Source: a virus (taxonomy: Duplodnaviria; Caudoviricetes). Taken from it: DNA of 64,000 bases. The notes below the pieces were generated by a model, which was not told where the DNA came from, ran no database searches, and was given only the letters and a program-made list of their open reading frames with translations. Shown in pieces: positions 10,417 through 20,217 of the stretch (position 1 is its first letter; each line of letters starts with the position of its first letter). A program made the position numbers and the translations under genes. Where the stretch lies: positions 1 to 64,000 of the IMG/VR virus record IMGVR_UViG_3300037851_000284. One strand, given 5' to 3'.

Positions 10417-10626
10417 CTGAGCAAGTGGTAAATATATAGATTATCCACTTTTACTAGGGAATAATCGAAAAGGAGAGAGTTGTTGGTAGCAACATCCTTG
10501 TACTTGCCTAGTCTAAATACAACTTGTTGTTAATAAAGACATGGCAGAGGAAAAACTGTTGTTTATCATAGTTTATTGTTAACACATTCATCAATATCTT
10601 TTTCCCTTATATTTACCCATGCTCAG
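10417..10626 (+). ncRNA. candidate structured ncRNA closed by long-range stem
   Basis: ctgagca/tgctcag and ggtaaatata/tatatttacc pair the two ends; internal hairpins. Confidence 0.5.
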
Positions 10627-10728
10627 TTATATTTTACCAACAATTTTAACTTAAGTAGATATATACGTTCCAAATAACAACTACGGGCCTATTCCTGTAT
10701 CAACTGGAGAAGTTCAAGGGCGATAACA

Positions 10729-11133
10729 ATGCAATTATATACACCAGATAATATTGAAAAACTAGAACCAAACGAGATATTCGTTTTTGGTTCAAATGAA
10801 GGAGGTATACACGGAAAGGGTGCTGCAAAGCAAGCTTTGAATTGGGGAGCAATTTATGGTCAGGGTAGCGGTCCTCAAGGCCGCACCTATGCCATTCCAA
10901 CTAAAGATCGTCACATAAGAACACTTCCTCTATCCTCTATCTTTTCCTATGTGTCTAAATTTATCGATTATACTACTATTCACAAGGATAGAATATTCCT
11001 AGTAACGAGAATAGGTTGTGGATTAGCTGGGTACAGACCTAGCACAATTGCTCCTCTTTTTGCTTCAGCTTTAGATTTACCGAACATATCTCTTCCAAGA
11101 GATTTTGTTGAGGAGATAAATGCAAAAAGATAA
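10729..11133 (+). CDS. macrodomain-like phage protein (A1S_2505-like)
   Basis: IFVFGSNEGGIHGKGAA, YAIPTK, VTRIGCGLAG. Confidence 0.75.
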   Translation: MQLYTPDNIEKLEPNEIFVFGSNEGGIHGKGAAKQALNWGAIYGQGSGPQGRTYAIPTKDRHIRTLPLSSIFSYVSKFIDYTTIHKDRIFLVTRIGCGLAGYRPSTIAPLFASALDLPNISLPRDFVEEINAKR

Positions 11134-11317
11134 TGTAAAAATAGTCCAAGAATTCATTTGTCGAGATTGTTTCGACTATAGCAAAAGAATATATAGATAC
11201 AAATGGATAGTCAACACAGCAGAAGTCGAAATTACATCTAATAGTACATTTAAAACAAAAGAGATAGCTTCTGAGAATGCAAGAAGCTTTTTACTAAATA
11301 TATCACTAGATACATAG
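11120..11317 (+). CDS. hypothetical protein
   Basis: RBS gaggag. Confidence 0.5.
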   Translation: MQKDNVKIVQEFICRDCFDYSKRIYRYKWIVNTAEVEITSNSTFKTKEIASENARSFLLNISLDT

Positions 11318-11533
11318 AACAATCATAACGAGTTTCTCAATTATATCTAGTTAAGCTAGTATCTCTCGTTATTGAAACAAGAAAGATACTAGTTTAACAA
11401 TGTATCTATTTTCGATAGAGAAATTAAGCACAGAGAGCAACTTGGTAATAGATTCTATATGGGATATTCTTGTTATGTTTATTCTAACAAGAAAAATCAA
11501 TAAACAAAATAAGAAGCACAAAAGGACTGAATT

Positions 11534-11773
11534 GTGTTTAACAACAAAGACAAAAGAAGATTAGATGATTGGATTATAAAATCTCTCAAATTAAGAGATA
11601 AGACCATAGTTAGAACAACAGGAATTTTATTTTTAGCAATAAAAGAACTGTTGTTCTTTACAATAGTAATATTGTTTTCAATCCTAGCATTCTTCTTTGG
11701 GTCTTGGGTTAGGAGGAAAGAAGATGTTAGAAGAACTAAGGAAACAGTATCTAGAATTCGAATGTACCACTAA
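11534..11773 (+). CDS. hypothetical membrane protein
   Basis: hydrophobic segment. Confidence 0.5.
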   Translation: MFNNKDKRRLDDWIIKSLKLRDKTIVRTTGILFLAIKELLFFTIVILFSILAFFFGSWVRRKEDVRRTKETVSRIRMYH

Positions 11774-12347
11774 TTGTCTTCATAATTCAAGCTGCTGTAA
11801 AGTTCCTACAGAAGTAATAAGAATTACAGAATATGATAGCATAGATATACTAATCTTCGGACAAGGTGCTGGAAAAGACGAAGAAAGACTAAGAAGACCA
11901 TTTGTTGGTCGTGCTGGAAAATACATGAGAAATATTATTAAGTACCTATGGGACAACGAGTTTTGTGGAAAATTTAACTTAGCATTGTCAAACAATGTAC
12001 GATTCCACCCAACTAATTTAGAAGGAAAAGATCGAGAACCAACAAGAAATGAAATAAGTAAATGTTTTGGTCATCTAATTCAAGACATATCATTAATAGA
12101 CCCAAAAGTTATCGTTCCAGTTGGAAAAAACGCTGCTTGTTCTATATTAGAATGGGATACTGCAATAATGTCAAAAATTAGGGGAAAAACATATAATAGA
12201 CTAGTTAATGGAAAAGATAGAGTAATAGTACCAACATGGCATCCGAGTTATCTAGTTAGAAACTATGGGTCATTTAATACAAGCCAGAATAGGAAACTTG
12301 ACACTGAATTTATAACTGACATATTAGTTGCCTTGCAGAGATTATAG
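11697..12347 (+). CDS. uracil-DNA glycosylase, family 4-like (start probably at MLEELRK)
   Basis: GQGAGKDE, PFVGRAG, REP, TWHPSYL; Fe-S type cysteines. Confidence 0.88.
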   Translation: MGLGLGGKKMLEELRKQYLEFECTTNCLHNSSCCKVPTEVIRITEYDSIDILIFGQGAGKDEERLRRPFVGRAGKYMRNIIKYLWDNEFCGKFNLALSNNVRFHPTNLEGKDREPTRNEISKCFGHLIQDISLIDPKVIVPVGKNAACSILEWDTAIMSKIRGKTYNRLVNGKDRVIVPTWHPSYLVRNYGSFNTSQNRKLDTEFITDILVALQRL

Positions 12348-12574
12348 AGAAAGTATATAATATCATTTACTATAACACTATTTGTAATTCCTTTTACTTT
12401 CTTTTGTTTTTAATGCTCATGTAAAATTCTTGGACTATAGGTTGACACTAATAACAATGACACCTCAACATTTCGAGAAAAAAGGTAATTCCAGCATAGA
12501 GACTAATAGAACCATATATGATATTGTTTACCAAGTTATAACAATATCACAAAAGAATATCAAAGGAGGCACTG

Positions 12575-12778
12575 ATGTATTCGATAAAGCGAAAGAAGTC
12601 CCTTAATTATCCGAAATCAGGATCAGGATCAAGATCATGGTCATGGTCAAAGTCATGTTCATGGTCATGGTCATGGTCAGGATCATGGCCAAGGTCAAGG
12701 TCATGGTCAGGACCAGGATTATGGTCGCAGTCAAGGTCAGGATCAGGATCATGGTCAAGATCAAGGTCAGAGTCGTAA
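12575..12778 (+). CDS. Ser-Arg/Ser-Trp/Ser-Gly dipeptide-repeat peptide, copy 1
   Basis: RBS ggagg; TCA-NNN hexamer repeats. Confidence 0.6.
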   Translation: MYSIKRKKSLNYPKSGSGSRSWSWSKSCSWSWSWSGSWPRSRSWSGPGLWSQSRSGSGSWSRSRSES

Positions 12779-12800
12779 AGTTACTAAGTGGGAGATACTG

Positions 12801-12929
12801 ATGTATTCAATAAAACAAAAAAAGCTCTTTATACATCAAAAGTCAAGATCAGGGTCAAGGTCATGGTCAGGACCAGGATTATGGTCATCTAGGATCAAAG
12901 TTGATGTTAAGACTAAGTCAGTGCTTTAG
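12801..12929 (+). CDS. Ser-repeat peptide, diverged copy 2 (MYSIKQKK...)
   Basis: same RBS/N-terminus as 12575; not in ORF track. Confidence 0.5.
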   Translation: MYSIKQKKLFIHQKSRSGSRSWSGPGLWSSRIKVDVKTKSVL

Positions 12930-12970
12930 TTAATATCACAAAACACATTTAACCTTTATGAGGAGGTACT

Positions 12971-13243
12971 ATGATGATGGTTCCTGAAATTACAAAAGTT
13001 GTTGAAGTTAAAAAAGAAGGGTTTATATCCCTTCTTGGTCAGACAATAACTGTTTTCTGTACAAATTATATTTACACAGGAACATTAGTTGGCGTAAATG
13101 ATACTTGCATAAAGTTGGAAAATGCAAGTATTGTTTATGAAACTGGAGCATTAAACACAAAAACATGGCAGGATGTTCAGAAGCTCCCACATGATTGGTA
13201 TGTTCAGACCAGTCTTATTGAATCTTTTGGTATCTTGAAATAA
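12971..13243 (+). CDS. conserved small phage protein, possible Sm/Hfq-like fold
   Basis: YIYTGTLVGVNDTCIKLENA beta pattern; RBS gaggagg. Confidence 0.7.
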   Translation: MMMVPEITKVVEVKKEGFISLLGQTITVFCTNYIYTGTLVGVNDTCIKLENASIVYETGALNTKTWQDVQKLPHDWYVQTSLIESFGILK

Positions 13244-13315
13244 TCACAGAGTAGCGCCCTTAAATGGGCGTTAATGTGGCAATCTGGTTACAAGCCCAGA
13301 TAATAGGAGGCACTG

Positions 13316-13495
13316 ATGTATTCGATAAAGCGAAAGAAGTCCCTTAATTATCCGAAATCAGGATCGAAATCAGGATCAGGATCAAGATCATGGTCATGGT
13401 CAAAGTCATGTTCATGGTCATGGTCATGGTCAGGATCATGGCCAAGGTCAAGGTCATGGTCAGGATCAAGATCAGAGCCAAAGGCTGCTGAATAG
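13316..13495 (+). CDS. Ser-repeat peptide, copy 3
   Basis: near-exact duplicate of 12566-12710 including RBS. Confidence 0.55.
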   Translation: MYSIKRKKSLNYPKSGSKSGSGSRSWSWSKSCSWSWSWSGSWPRSRSWSGSRSEPKAAE

Positions 13496-13653
13496 GAGAT
13501 ATTATTGTTGTGTATAAGTTTTTACTCAGAGAAGAGATAATATTATACAACATAACTCCTATTATTGAAAAACCCATTAAAATAAATGTTACAAAAATAC
13601 ACGATTAATAGAAGAAATCCTATCCTATTTATATATACAAGGAGAAATATAAT

Positions 13654-14121
13654 ATGATAGATTTGACTGGATTAAAAAAGGAAGATGTTTTATCAGCTCT
13701 TTATAATTATGCTAGAGATATTAAAGAAGCAGTAAAAATGTTCAGTATACCGCTCGAGGAAGCAGCTACTGTAGTAGCAATTACACAATACGAAGTTGCT
13801 ACAGGATATACGGGTAAAAATACAAAAAATAAAGATGAAAAAGTCAAGAAATTTATCGATAATATACTGAATGCAAAATCATCAGGTAAATATATAGATA
13901 AAGATTATGCAAAAACAATCCTAAATGGCAAAAAGACCATAGATGCGATCGATAATATACCATTAAAGTTAAACTTCGAAGCCAACTATTTAGATGTAAG
14001 ACATTATAATTCTCTGTATGGTCAGTTTGCTGGGGAAATAGTAATTAATGACCTCAAGGACTATATTAGTCTTAAATCCAACAACGAACCAAAGAAAACA
14101 AAGAACCAGCACGAAAGATAA
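13654..14121 (+). CDS. hypothetical phage protein
   Basis: RBS aaggag. Confidence 0.6.
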   Translation: MIDLTGLKKEDVLSALYNYARDIKEAVKMFSIPLEEAATVVAITQYEVATGYTGKNTKNKDEKVKKFIDNILNAKSSGKYIDKDYAKTILNGKKTIDAIDNIPLKLNFEANYLDVRHYNSLYGQFAGEIVINDLKDYISLKSNNEPKKTKNQHER

Positions 14122-14169
14122 GCTTTAATTGTACATAACAATGATAGAAAGAAATTCCAAAACAAGTAA

Positions 14170-14242
14170 CGGGATGTATATCAATTGGTAGATTGCTTGG
14201 TTTGGGACCAAGTGGTTGATAGTTCGAGTCTATCCATCCCGA
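14170..14242 (+). tRNA. tRNA-Pro(TGG)
   Basis: cloverleaf; cttgg-tt-TGG-ga-ccaag; TTCGAGT T-loop. Confidence 0.92.
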
Positions 14243-14283
14243 GTTTTTACTTGCTATTATTTTTTAAAGGAAAGAAGGGTTAT

Positions 14284-14355
14284 GCCGATGTAACTCAATG
14301 GTAGAGTAATTGATTTGTAATCAATAAGTTAGGGGTTCAAATCCTCCCATCGGCT
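14284..14355 (+). tRNA. tRNA-Thr(TGT)
   Basis: cloverleaf; attga-tt-TGT-aa-tcaat. Confidence 0.92.
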
Positions 14356-14361
14356 TTTACT

Positions 14362-14607
14362 ATGATTGATTGTATAACCAGATTACTTAGACAACGAATA
14401 GATTATCGTACTTATAAAATAATCTATCATTGCCACAGGTGTAAGAAAAAAATAGAGACATACTGGGACAAGGACTATACTATAAAAGGTCCTTTTAAAG
14501 CTTGGGACATCTTCTTTAGCGAATATCTAGATATCCCAGTATCAGATCCAATGGAGATTACATGTTTAGAATGCTTAAATATTATAGATGGTGTGTTAAG
14601 AAGATAA
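14362..14607 (+). CDS. hypothetical Zn-finger-like protein
   Basis: CHRC...CLEC. Confidence 0.5.
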   Translation: MIDCITRLLRQRIDYRTYKIIYHCHRCKKKIETYWDKDYTIKGPFKAWDIFFSEYLDIPVSDPMEITCLECLNIIDGVLRR

Positions 14608-14642
14608 CTACGTAAGGGTAATCTATAAACTGTTATTTATAT

Positions 14643-14672
14643 AGGGTTGCCCTCAAAAGCAACCCTTTTTAT
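14643..14672 (+). terminator. intrinsic terminator
   Basis: agggttgc/gcaaccct stem plus T tract. Confidence 0.75.
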
Positions 14673-14862
14673 TTATTTAAGAAAGAGGATCTCATATTAA
14701 ATCTAGAAATATGTCTAAATCATGTAAAAAGACCTATTAATAATACAAAGGATTATTATTGTTAAAAACGGTTATTAATATAATACTTATAATAACAATA
14801 GTTATTTTTATAGAGGAATTTGATACAAATATTACAGTACAAATAATGAACATTGGGAAATT

Positions 14863-15099
14863 ATGCTTAATCTAACTGATAAACAAGAAGAATCTTTACG
14901 TTCTGCTGCTGGAACATGGACTGGGTATATAACTGACCCATGGAGGCATGATAATATTGATATCGATACTGATTATCAAAAAAACTGTGATGAGCAGGAC
15001 GAAGGACTCCTTATTGAACTTGTTCGTGGAATAATAAGACAACACCCCGAACTTGCTGAGAAAGAAGAAAAAATAAAAGAATGGATATTGGAATTTTAA
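14863..15099 (+). CDS. hypothetical protein
   Basis: ORF track. Confidence 0.55.
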   Translation: MLNLTDKQEESLRSAAGTWTGYITDPWRHDNIDIDTDYQKNCDEQDEGLLIELVRGIIRQHPELAEKEEKIKEWILEF

Positions 15100-15294
15100 A
15101 GAAAAAATAAGAATATTGAGAAACAAATGAATTGTTTAGAGCAATAAAGCAAAAATTTTAATACAGAAAGTTTTTCATCACAGAGTTACTGACAAAGAAT
15201 AATAGCTAGCGTATTTTAGTAGCCAGTATTTTCTACCTTTCTTACTAATTATCTTATTAGTGTTTTTTATTTAAAATTCATATAAGGAGATAAC

Positions 15295-15657
15295 ATGAAA
15301 GAACCACTGTTTTTTCACATTCGTTCAAAGGAAGTTCTTCCACACACGTATTGTATTCGAAGTAATGGAAATACCCTATTTGTAGGGTATGCAATCACCC
15401 ACAAGAATGACAAGTTCTGCAAGAAAACTGGAAGAGATCTTGCAGAAAAGAAAGTAAAGATTCTCATGAGTATAAAGAATGAGAACTTTCGTTCCTCAGC
15501 AGAAAATCTGTTGGTACCAGATTCCGTGGGTTTAACCTTGGAACCAGTGATAAAAAGGTCGAAAGAACTCTTAAGGATAGAAGGTCCAGTTGTTTTGAAG
15601 ACCTTCTTTAGTGAAAATCGAACTAAGATTCCATACTCACAGGTGTACAACTTCTAA
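15295..15657 (+). CDS. hypothetical protein
   Basis: RBS aaggag. Confidence 0.65.
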   Translation: MKEPLFFHIRSKEVLPHTYCIRSNGNTLFVGYAITHKNDKFCKKTGRDLAEKKVKILMSIKNENFRSSAENLLVPDSVGLTLEPVIKRSKELLRIEGPVVLKTFFSENRTKIPYSQVYNF

Positions 15658-15663
15658 TAGGCA

Positions 15664-15747
15664 GGGTCGGTGGTAGAGAGGTCAATTACTCCTGACTGTA
15701 GATCAGGTGGCCTTCGGCCTTCGGTGGTTCAAATCCATCCCGACCCA
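15664..15747 (+). tRNA. tRNA-Tyr(GTA)
   Basis: cloverleaf with long variable arm; cctga-ct-GTA-ga-tcagg. Confidence 0.92.
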
Positions 15748-15754
15748 TAATTAC

Positions 15755-15827
15755 GCTCCGTTAGAAAAGATGGTTAATTCACTAGACTGCAAATCTAGCA
15801 TCGGGAGTTCGAATCTCTCACGGAGCT
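15755..15827 (+). tRNA. tRNA-Cys(GCA)
   Basis: ctaga-ct-GCA-aa-tctag; U73. Confidence 0.88.
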
Positions 15828-15838
15828 CTGGGTAATAT

Positions 15839-16180
15839 ATGTACAAATTGGGAGACAAATTCATACTTACAGAAAGTTCCCACCCAGAGTATAACGGTAA
15901 AATATTTATGCTTACCGTTATACTTCGTGGTGGTATTGGAATGGCATCATTAGTATGTTTAAAAGATGGAATGAGTTTTCGTATAAAGCAGATTACCAGC
16001 ACCGACCTCCGAAAGGATTCACTCTCAGGCATATATTTTTCTAAACAAATATGGAGCTCACTAATCAGCGACGCAAAGTTTGAACCCATTGAAGTCTATT
16101 TGAATGACTTTCCACTAAAGTATAAGGATGCTTCCAAAACAGTGGTAGCAGAACCACGTTCTATTAACCTAAGATCATAA
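15839..16180 (+). CDS. hypothetical protein, paralog A
   Basis: shares MYK.G.KF.L..SS.PEYNGK.FM with 16196. Confidence 0.65.
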   Translation: MYKLGDKFILTESSHPEYNGKIFMLTVILRGGIGMASLVCLKDGMSFRIKQITSTDLRKDSLSGIYFSKQIWSSLISDAKFEPIEVYLNDFPLKYKDASKTVVAEPRSINLRS

Positions 16181-16195
16181 TAGTTAGCTTATATT

Positions 16196-16522
16196 ATGTA
16201 TAAAACAGGAACAAAGTTTGTACTTAGAGATAGTTCTTTACCTGAGTACAACGGTAAAGTATTCATGTATATAGTAGTCAGCGTGGCCGGATTGGGATTC
16301 GATGGAATAGCACTTATGGTATGTTTAGAAGATGGTAAGTATCTTCCTACAGTGCTTATAAAAATTGATGATATAGACAACGGTATAATTTCAAAAGAAA
16401 AATGGAAAAAAGTAACTGGAGGTAGACATCTAGACAAAGTAAATTTTGATACGAGTTTTCCTCAGTACTCAATTGATAATACTATAACTACAATACCAAG
16501 ATCTATTAAACTAAGGTTATAA
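16196..16522 (+). CDS. hypothetical protein, paralog B
   Basis: tandem paralog of 15839. Confidence 0.65.
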   Translation: MYKTGTKFVLRDSSLPEYNGKVFMYIVVSVAGLGFDGIALMVCLEDGKYLPTVLIKIDDIDNGIISKEKWKKVTGGRHLDKVNFDTSFPQYSIDNTITTIPRSIKLRL

Positions 16523-16731
16523 CTATCTTGGTATTTGTATAGAGATGGTAATTACGTTCATTGCCATTATTTCTATGGTTTTCTTTTTCTACTATTGTAT
16601 ACTTTACAATTTCTTTCTATCTTAATAATCTTGGCGATGGGACATATTAGAATCAAAAAAGAATTAAAGGAATACTTCATTCCGATATTTATCTATTTTC
16701 CATATATCACTATAAAACGCACGATTTTATA

Positions 16732-16974
16732 TTGCAAAGTGTTAAAATAACCACCATGATAACCCCGAAATTTGAAAAAGAATTCAAAGAAAATACAGGA
16801 GAATATCCTGTAGTTATACCAGATGAGCCTTACACTGTGTATTCTGAGGTGAATCCTAGATATGTAGAATGGTTGGAGAGTATGGTGAACTTGGAAAAAA
16901 TGCCCCCAAAAAGAGAACCAGAACCAGAGAAGAAAAAAGAAAAAGAAAAATCTTCTGTAGTGATAGACATATGA
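16732..16974 (+). CDS. hypothetical protein
   Basis: E..TG...YVEWLE motif shared with cassette ORF 25705. Confidence 0.5.
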   Translation: MQSVKITTMITPKFEKEFKENTGEYPVVIPDEPYTVYSEVNPRYVEWLESMVNLEKMPPKREPEPEKKKEKEKSSVVIDI

Positions 16975-17069
16975 ATATAACTTTCCGAAATGTGGGAGGC
17001 TGTGGAATCAAGGAATGTATGAGTGTTCTTATTGTAACTTTATATTGTCTAGAAAAGGAGATAAAATAA

Positions 17070-17144
17070 GTATAGAAGGTTCTGAACCGGTAGGATAACA
17101 CTCTCCAAAAGTGTAGACGAGGGTTCAAGTCCTTCTTCTCCTGA
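17070..17144 (+). pseudogene. degenerate tRNA-Trp(CCA)
   Basis: intact anticodon arm acact-ct-CCA-aa-agtgt and T arm; acceptor stem does not pair in register. Confidence 0.55.
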
Positions 17145-17313
17145 TAGAAAAATACGGTTGAGATATTAGTGTCAAGACAGGACAAAAGCAATTTAAATAT
17201 AAGCTGGGATATCCCAATAGAAATAGACATATGTTCTATAGTACCAGAATTCATACATGTATCTGATGAAACAATGAAATCCAACAAAGAAACAGAATAA
17301 TCAATACAGTAAG

Positions 17314-17398
17314 GGGATTGTCACCTAGTGGTAATGGTAACAGCTTTTTAAGCTGTCGAGGGTAACCTCTACCGTAGGTTCAAATCCTATCGGTCCCA
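17314..17398 (+). tRNA. tRNA with Lys anticodon (TTT) and long variable arm
   Basis: gggattg/cggtccc acceptor; acagc-tt-TTT-aa-gctgt; gagg-gtaa-cctc variable stem. Confidence 0.85.
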
Positions 17399-17412
17399 TA
17401 TAAAGGATTAGT

Positions 17413-17790
17413 ATGTGGAAAACAGGAGATATCTTTTCTTATAATGAGAAGTTTTTTACAGTAGTCCAAATAGGCCCGAGCAAGCTAATATTCGTAGATC
17501 TAAATACGATGAATCGTTGGAATGATGTTATACTTAATCACAGAGCCTATGGTTTAACTAATGACCATATAAAATATTTAGCTAGTTCCGAATATGGACC
17601 AGTAGTTCTTACTTATATAGGAACTATAGGCCCTAATCTTGGTATACAAACTCAACCAACAGATGAATCAATTGGTACTAAGATTATTGTACCAGCGAAT
17701 TTCGAACTTGACTCAGAACAAGAAAAGATAGAAGATGATAAAAAGAACGATGAAGAGGTTACTGTTTATACACTCCATTTAAGGAGATAA
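17413..17790 (+). CDS. hypothetical protein
   Basis: RBS aagga. Confidence 0.6.
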   Translation: MWKTGDIFSYNEKFFTVVQIGPSKLIFVDLNTMNRWNDVILNHRAYGLTNDHIKYLASSEYGPVVLTYIGTIGPNLGIQTQPTDESIGTKIIVPANFELDSEQEKIEDDKKNDEEVTVYTLHLRR

Positions 17791-17793
17791 TAT

Positions 17794-17939
17794 ATGGGTG
17801 GAAAGTAGAAGATATATTCTTAATGAAGTACAACAACAACCCATATATTACTGTACAAACTGGATGCAGTCAGACCGTCCTCATTGACATGATATCAATG
17901 AATAGATGGAATAACATTACTCTAGACATTGGTGTGTAA
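17794..17939 (+). pseudogene. frameshifted remnant paralog of 17413
   Basis: WKVEDIF...TVQ...ID..SMNRWN matches MWKTGDIF...MNRWN; ATG out of frame. Confidence 0.45.
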
Positions 17940-18020
17940 CCAATATAATATACTGTGTGAACATTGATTCGCTCATAGGCTATATGTTGCTAAAATTAAT
18001 AGGAAGATTCAATTAAGATT

Positions 18021-18096
18021 GGGCCTATAGTTCAGCCGGTCTAGAACACTGGTTTTACATACCAGAGATTCACAGGTTCAAATCCTGTTAGGCCCA
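18021..18096 (+). tRNA. tRNA-Val(TAC)
   Basis: ctggt-tt-TAC-at-accag. Confidence 0.92.
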
Positions 18097-18160
18097 CTTT
18101 TGGAGAATATAATGGTACACAAATAGCGGTAGAATTTGCCACATTTACCAACACCAAAAG

Positions 18161-18259
18161 GGATGAAATGGCGAGTTACCACCTATTAAAACTTGGTTAC
18201 CAACGGGGCAAGCGAGCCCCGTAGATTTTATTCAGGTACCAAGTCTCGCTACTTCACCA
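18161..18259 (+). ncRNA. candidate long-hairpin RNA ending in CCA
   Basis: three nested stems visible (see findings). Confidence 0.4.
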
Positions 18260-18602
18260 ATTTACGGTGTTGGTCAATTGGGAACACATGTAGAACTGAC
18301 AATTCTTTGTGTTTGTATGGAGAAACATTGTTATTGTCTTACATCGTTTTTAAGTGGAAACAGATGGAAATCACTAACACTACTAACCAAGCACAGATGA
18401 CCGATTATGTATTGCTTTCTGATCGAACAATGGAAACAATACATATACCAATCATTTAGGGAATTAGTGAGCAACTTGTGGGGATTTGTGTATAAACCTG
18501 CAGGAATGACTAAAATTGAAAATGAATGTAAAAAGACGAATATTATAAAACCAAAAGAACAGGAAGTAGACCAACCAAGAACAACTAATCTAAGGAGAAA
18601 TA

Positions 18603-19187
18603 ATGACTAAGAAGGATATGGTAAAGCAGTTTTCGTACATGTTTATTAAAGATGAGGAAGATATGCCTTTATCACATTTTGGTATAGAGACAAATACCGG
18701 ATGGAACAACCTTCTACTTATTCTTCTAACTATTTTGAGTATCATAGATACTAAAAAATGCATAAGAATAACTCAGATAAAGGAGAAATTTGCCGGATTA
18801 AGGTTCTATATAGGATTTCATAATCCTCCTCTATTTAATCCATTGTCAAATAGGATTGTAAGACTTATTAGATCATCTAGAGTATTATATAGAATACCGG
18901 CATTACGTAATATGCTGTTTCTACTAAGGGAGAAGCGGAATCCGTATACAGATAAAATATATGACATTATAAGCCTATTTGAAGAAGCATCGTTTCTTAT
19001 ATGTGAAAAATGTGGAAAACCTGGAGTGGTACGAGAGGACAGATGGTGGATGCTAACCTTATGTGACAAGTGTAATGAAGAAGACAAGATAAGGGACCCA
19101 GACCAGAGACGAAAAAGACATATTATGAAAATACACCAAGAAACGGAAAAGATAGTGGAGCAGTTTATGAATAAATACTCAAAATAG
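18603..19187 (+). CDS. conserved hypothetical phage protein
   Basis: QIKEKFAGLRFY motif and CEKCG...CDKC. Confidence 0.7.
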   Translation: MTKKDMVKQFSYMFIKDEEDMPLSHFGIETNTGWNNLLLILLTILSIIDTKKCIRITQIKEKFAGLRFYIGFHNPPLFNPLSNRIVRLIRSSRVLYRIPALRNMLFLLREKRNPYTDKIYDIISLFEEASFLICEKCGKPGVVREDRWWMLTLCDKCNEEDKIRDPDQRRKRHIMKIHQETEKIVEQFMNKYSK

Positions 19188-19481
19188 AAAGACATATGAA
19201 AACTAAGACTTACATAGAAATTTCTTACAGTGAATTAGAGAAGATGGTTAAGAATGAGTGTGACTAGAAATTAAATGACACAAAAATCTTCTTTAATATA
19301 CAAAAAGAAGAGTTAGACTCCGATGATATGAGAATGGTAATTACTCCTTTATTACACAAGTGATAATGACAGATTTGTGTAATAAAGGAAAGTTAAAAGC
19401 TAGTGATTACTTAATCAACACATTTTGGTGAACAAAGCCACAGTGGTTTAGTAGATAAAACCACGGATTTGCCAATATAAT

Positions 19482-19555
19482 ACCTCGATAACTCAACTGG
19501 ACAGAGTACGAAATTTCTAATTTCGGAGTTGGGAGTTCAAATCTCTCTCGAGGTA
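19482..19555 (+). tRNA. tRNA-Arg(TCT)
   Basis: cgaaa-tt-TCT-aa-tttcg. Confidence 0.92.
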
Positions 19556-19652
19556 TTTATCAATAACTCATGAATGAGACAAAAAGAACTAAGGCGTAGT
19601 TGAACGTACAATCTAAGAATAGATCACCTATAACCTATACTATGGAGTACAT

Positions 19653-20036
19653 ATGCCTGGACAAACCAAGGGAAAATGCAAGCATAGCGCGCGTAAGAAC
19701 AAATACGCCAAAAATCCGATAAAATCTATTAAAAACAAGCAAAAGAGATATAATAAGCATGTAAAAAGACTTACCAAGATCCTAGAAAAGTCCTGTAAAA
19801 CCACGGAACTCCTAAATAAAGTATTATCATCTCTCAACATAACAAAGATTGCTCTTAACAAGATGATTGGTACTCTAAATCACAGAAGACTACAACAGGT
19901 TCTAGATGGTACATTCAGAAACTCTCAGTGGTACATATCACGATGCATAGCCAAAGAAAGAAGGAAGCATGCATGTTACACAACTAATAAGATCAAAAGG
20001 GAAGATACAGCTAAGCAGAACGGAAAAGAGGAATAA
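19653..20036 (+). CDS. basic hypothetical protein
   Basis: RBS ggag; Lys-rich. Confidence 0.55.
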   Translation: MPGQTKGKCKHSARKNKYAKNPIKSIKNKQKRYNKHVKRLTKILEKSCKTTELLNKVLSSLNITKIALNKMIGTLNHRRLQQVLDGTFRNSQWYISRCIAKERRKHACYTTNKIKREDTAKQNGKEE

Positions 20037-20217
20037 CGAGTTCCTGAGGGAACAAATCCATCAGATGGAAATACACAAGTGGATTGAAAGCGAGAAAGCC
20101 GGAAAAGACTTATCAGACATAGCACTATTAGACTGGATTAATAGGTTTGCTGCCCAATTTCGAAGAGAGTGGGAAAAGAAACATGGAATCTGTAATTACA
20201 GTGGTGAGGGGAGATAG
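19969..20217 (+). CDS. hypothetical protein
   Basis: HKWIESEKAGKD...A..DW motif recurrent in phage proteins. Confidence 0.6.
   Translation: MHVTQLIRSKGKIQLSRTEKRNNEFLREQIHQMEIHKWIESEKAGKDLSDIALLDWINRFAAQFRREWEKKHGICNYSGEGR

Noticed and set aside
12610-13475. Hexamer repeats as CRISPR or telomere-like array
   Set aside because: No unique spacers; repeats are in-frame TCA-NNN codon pairs
13344-13577. Thr/Met-rich minus-strand ORF
   Set aside because: Antisense shadow of the Ser-repeat hexamers
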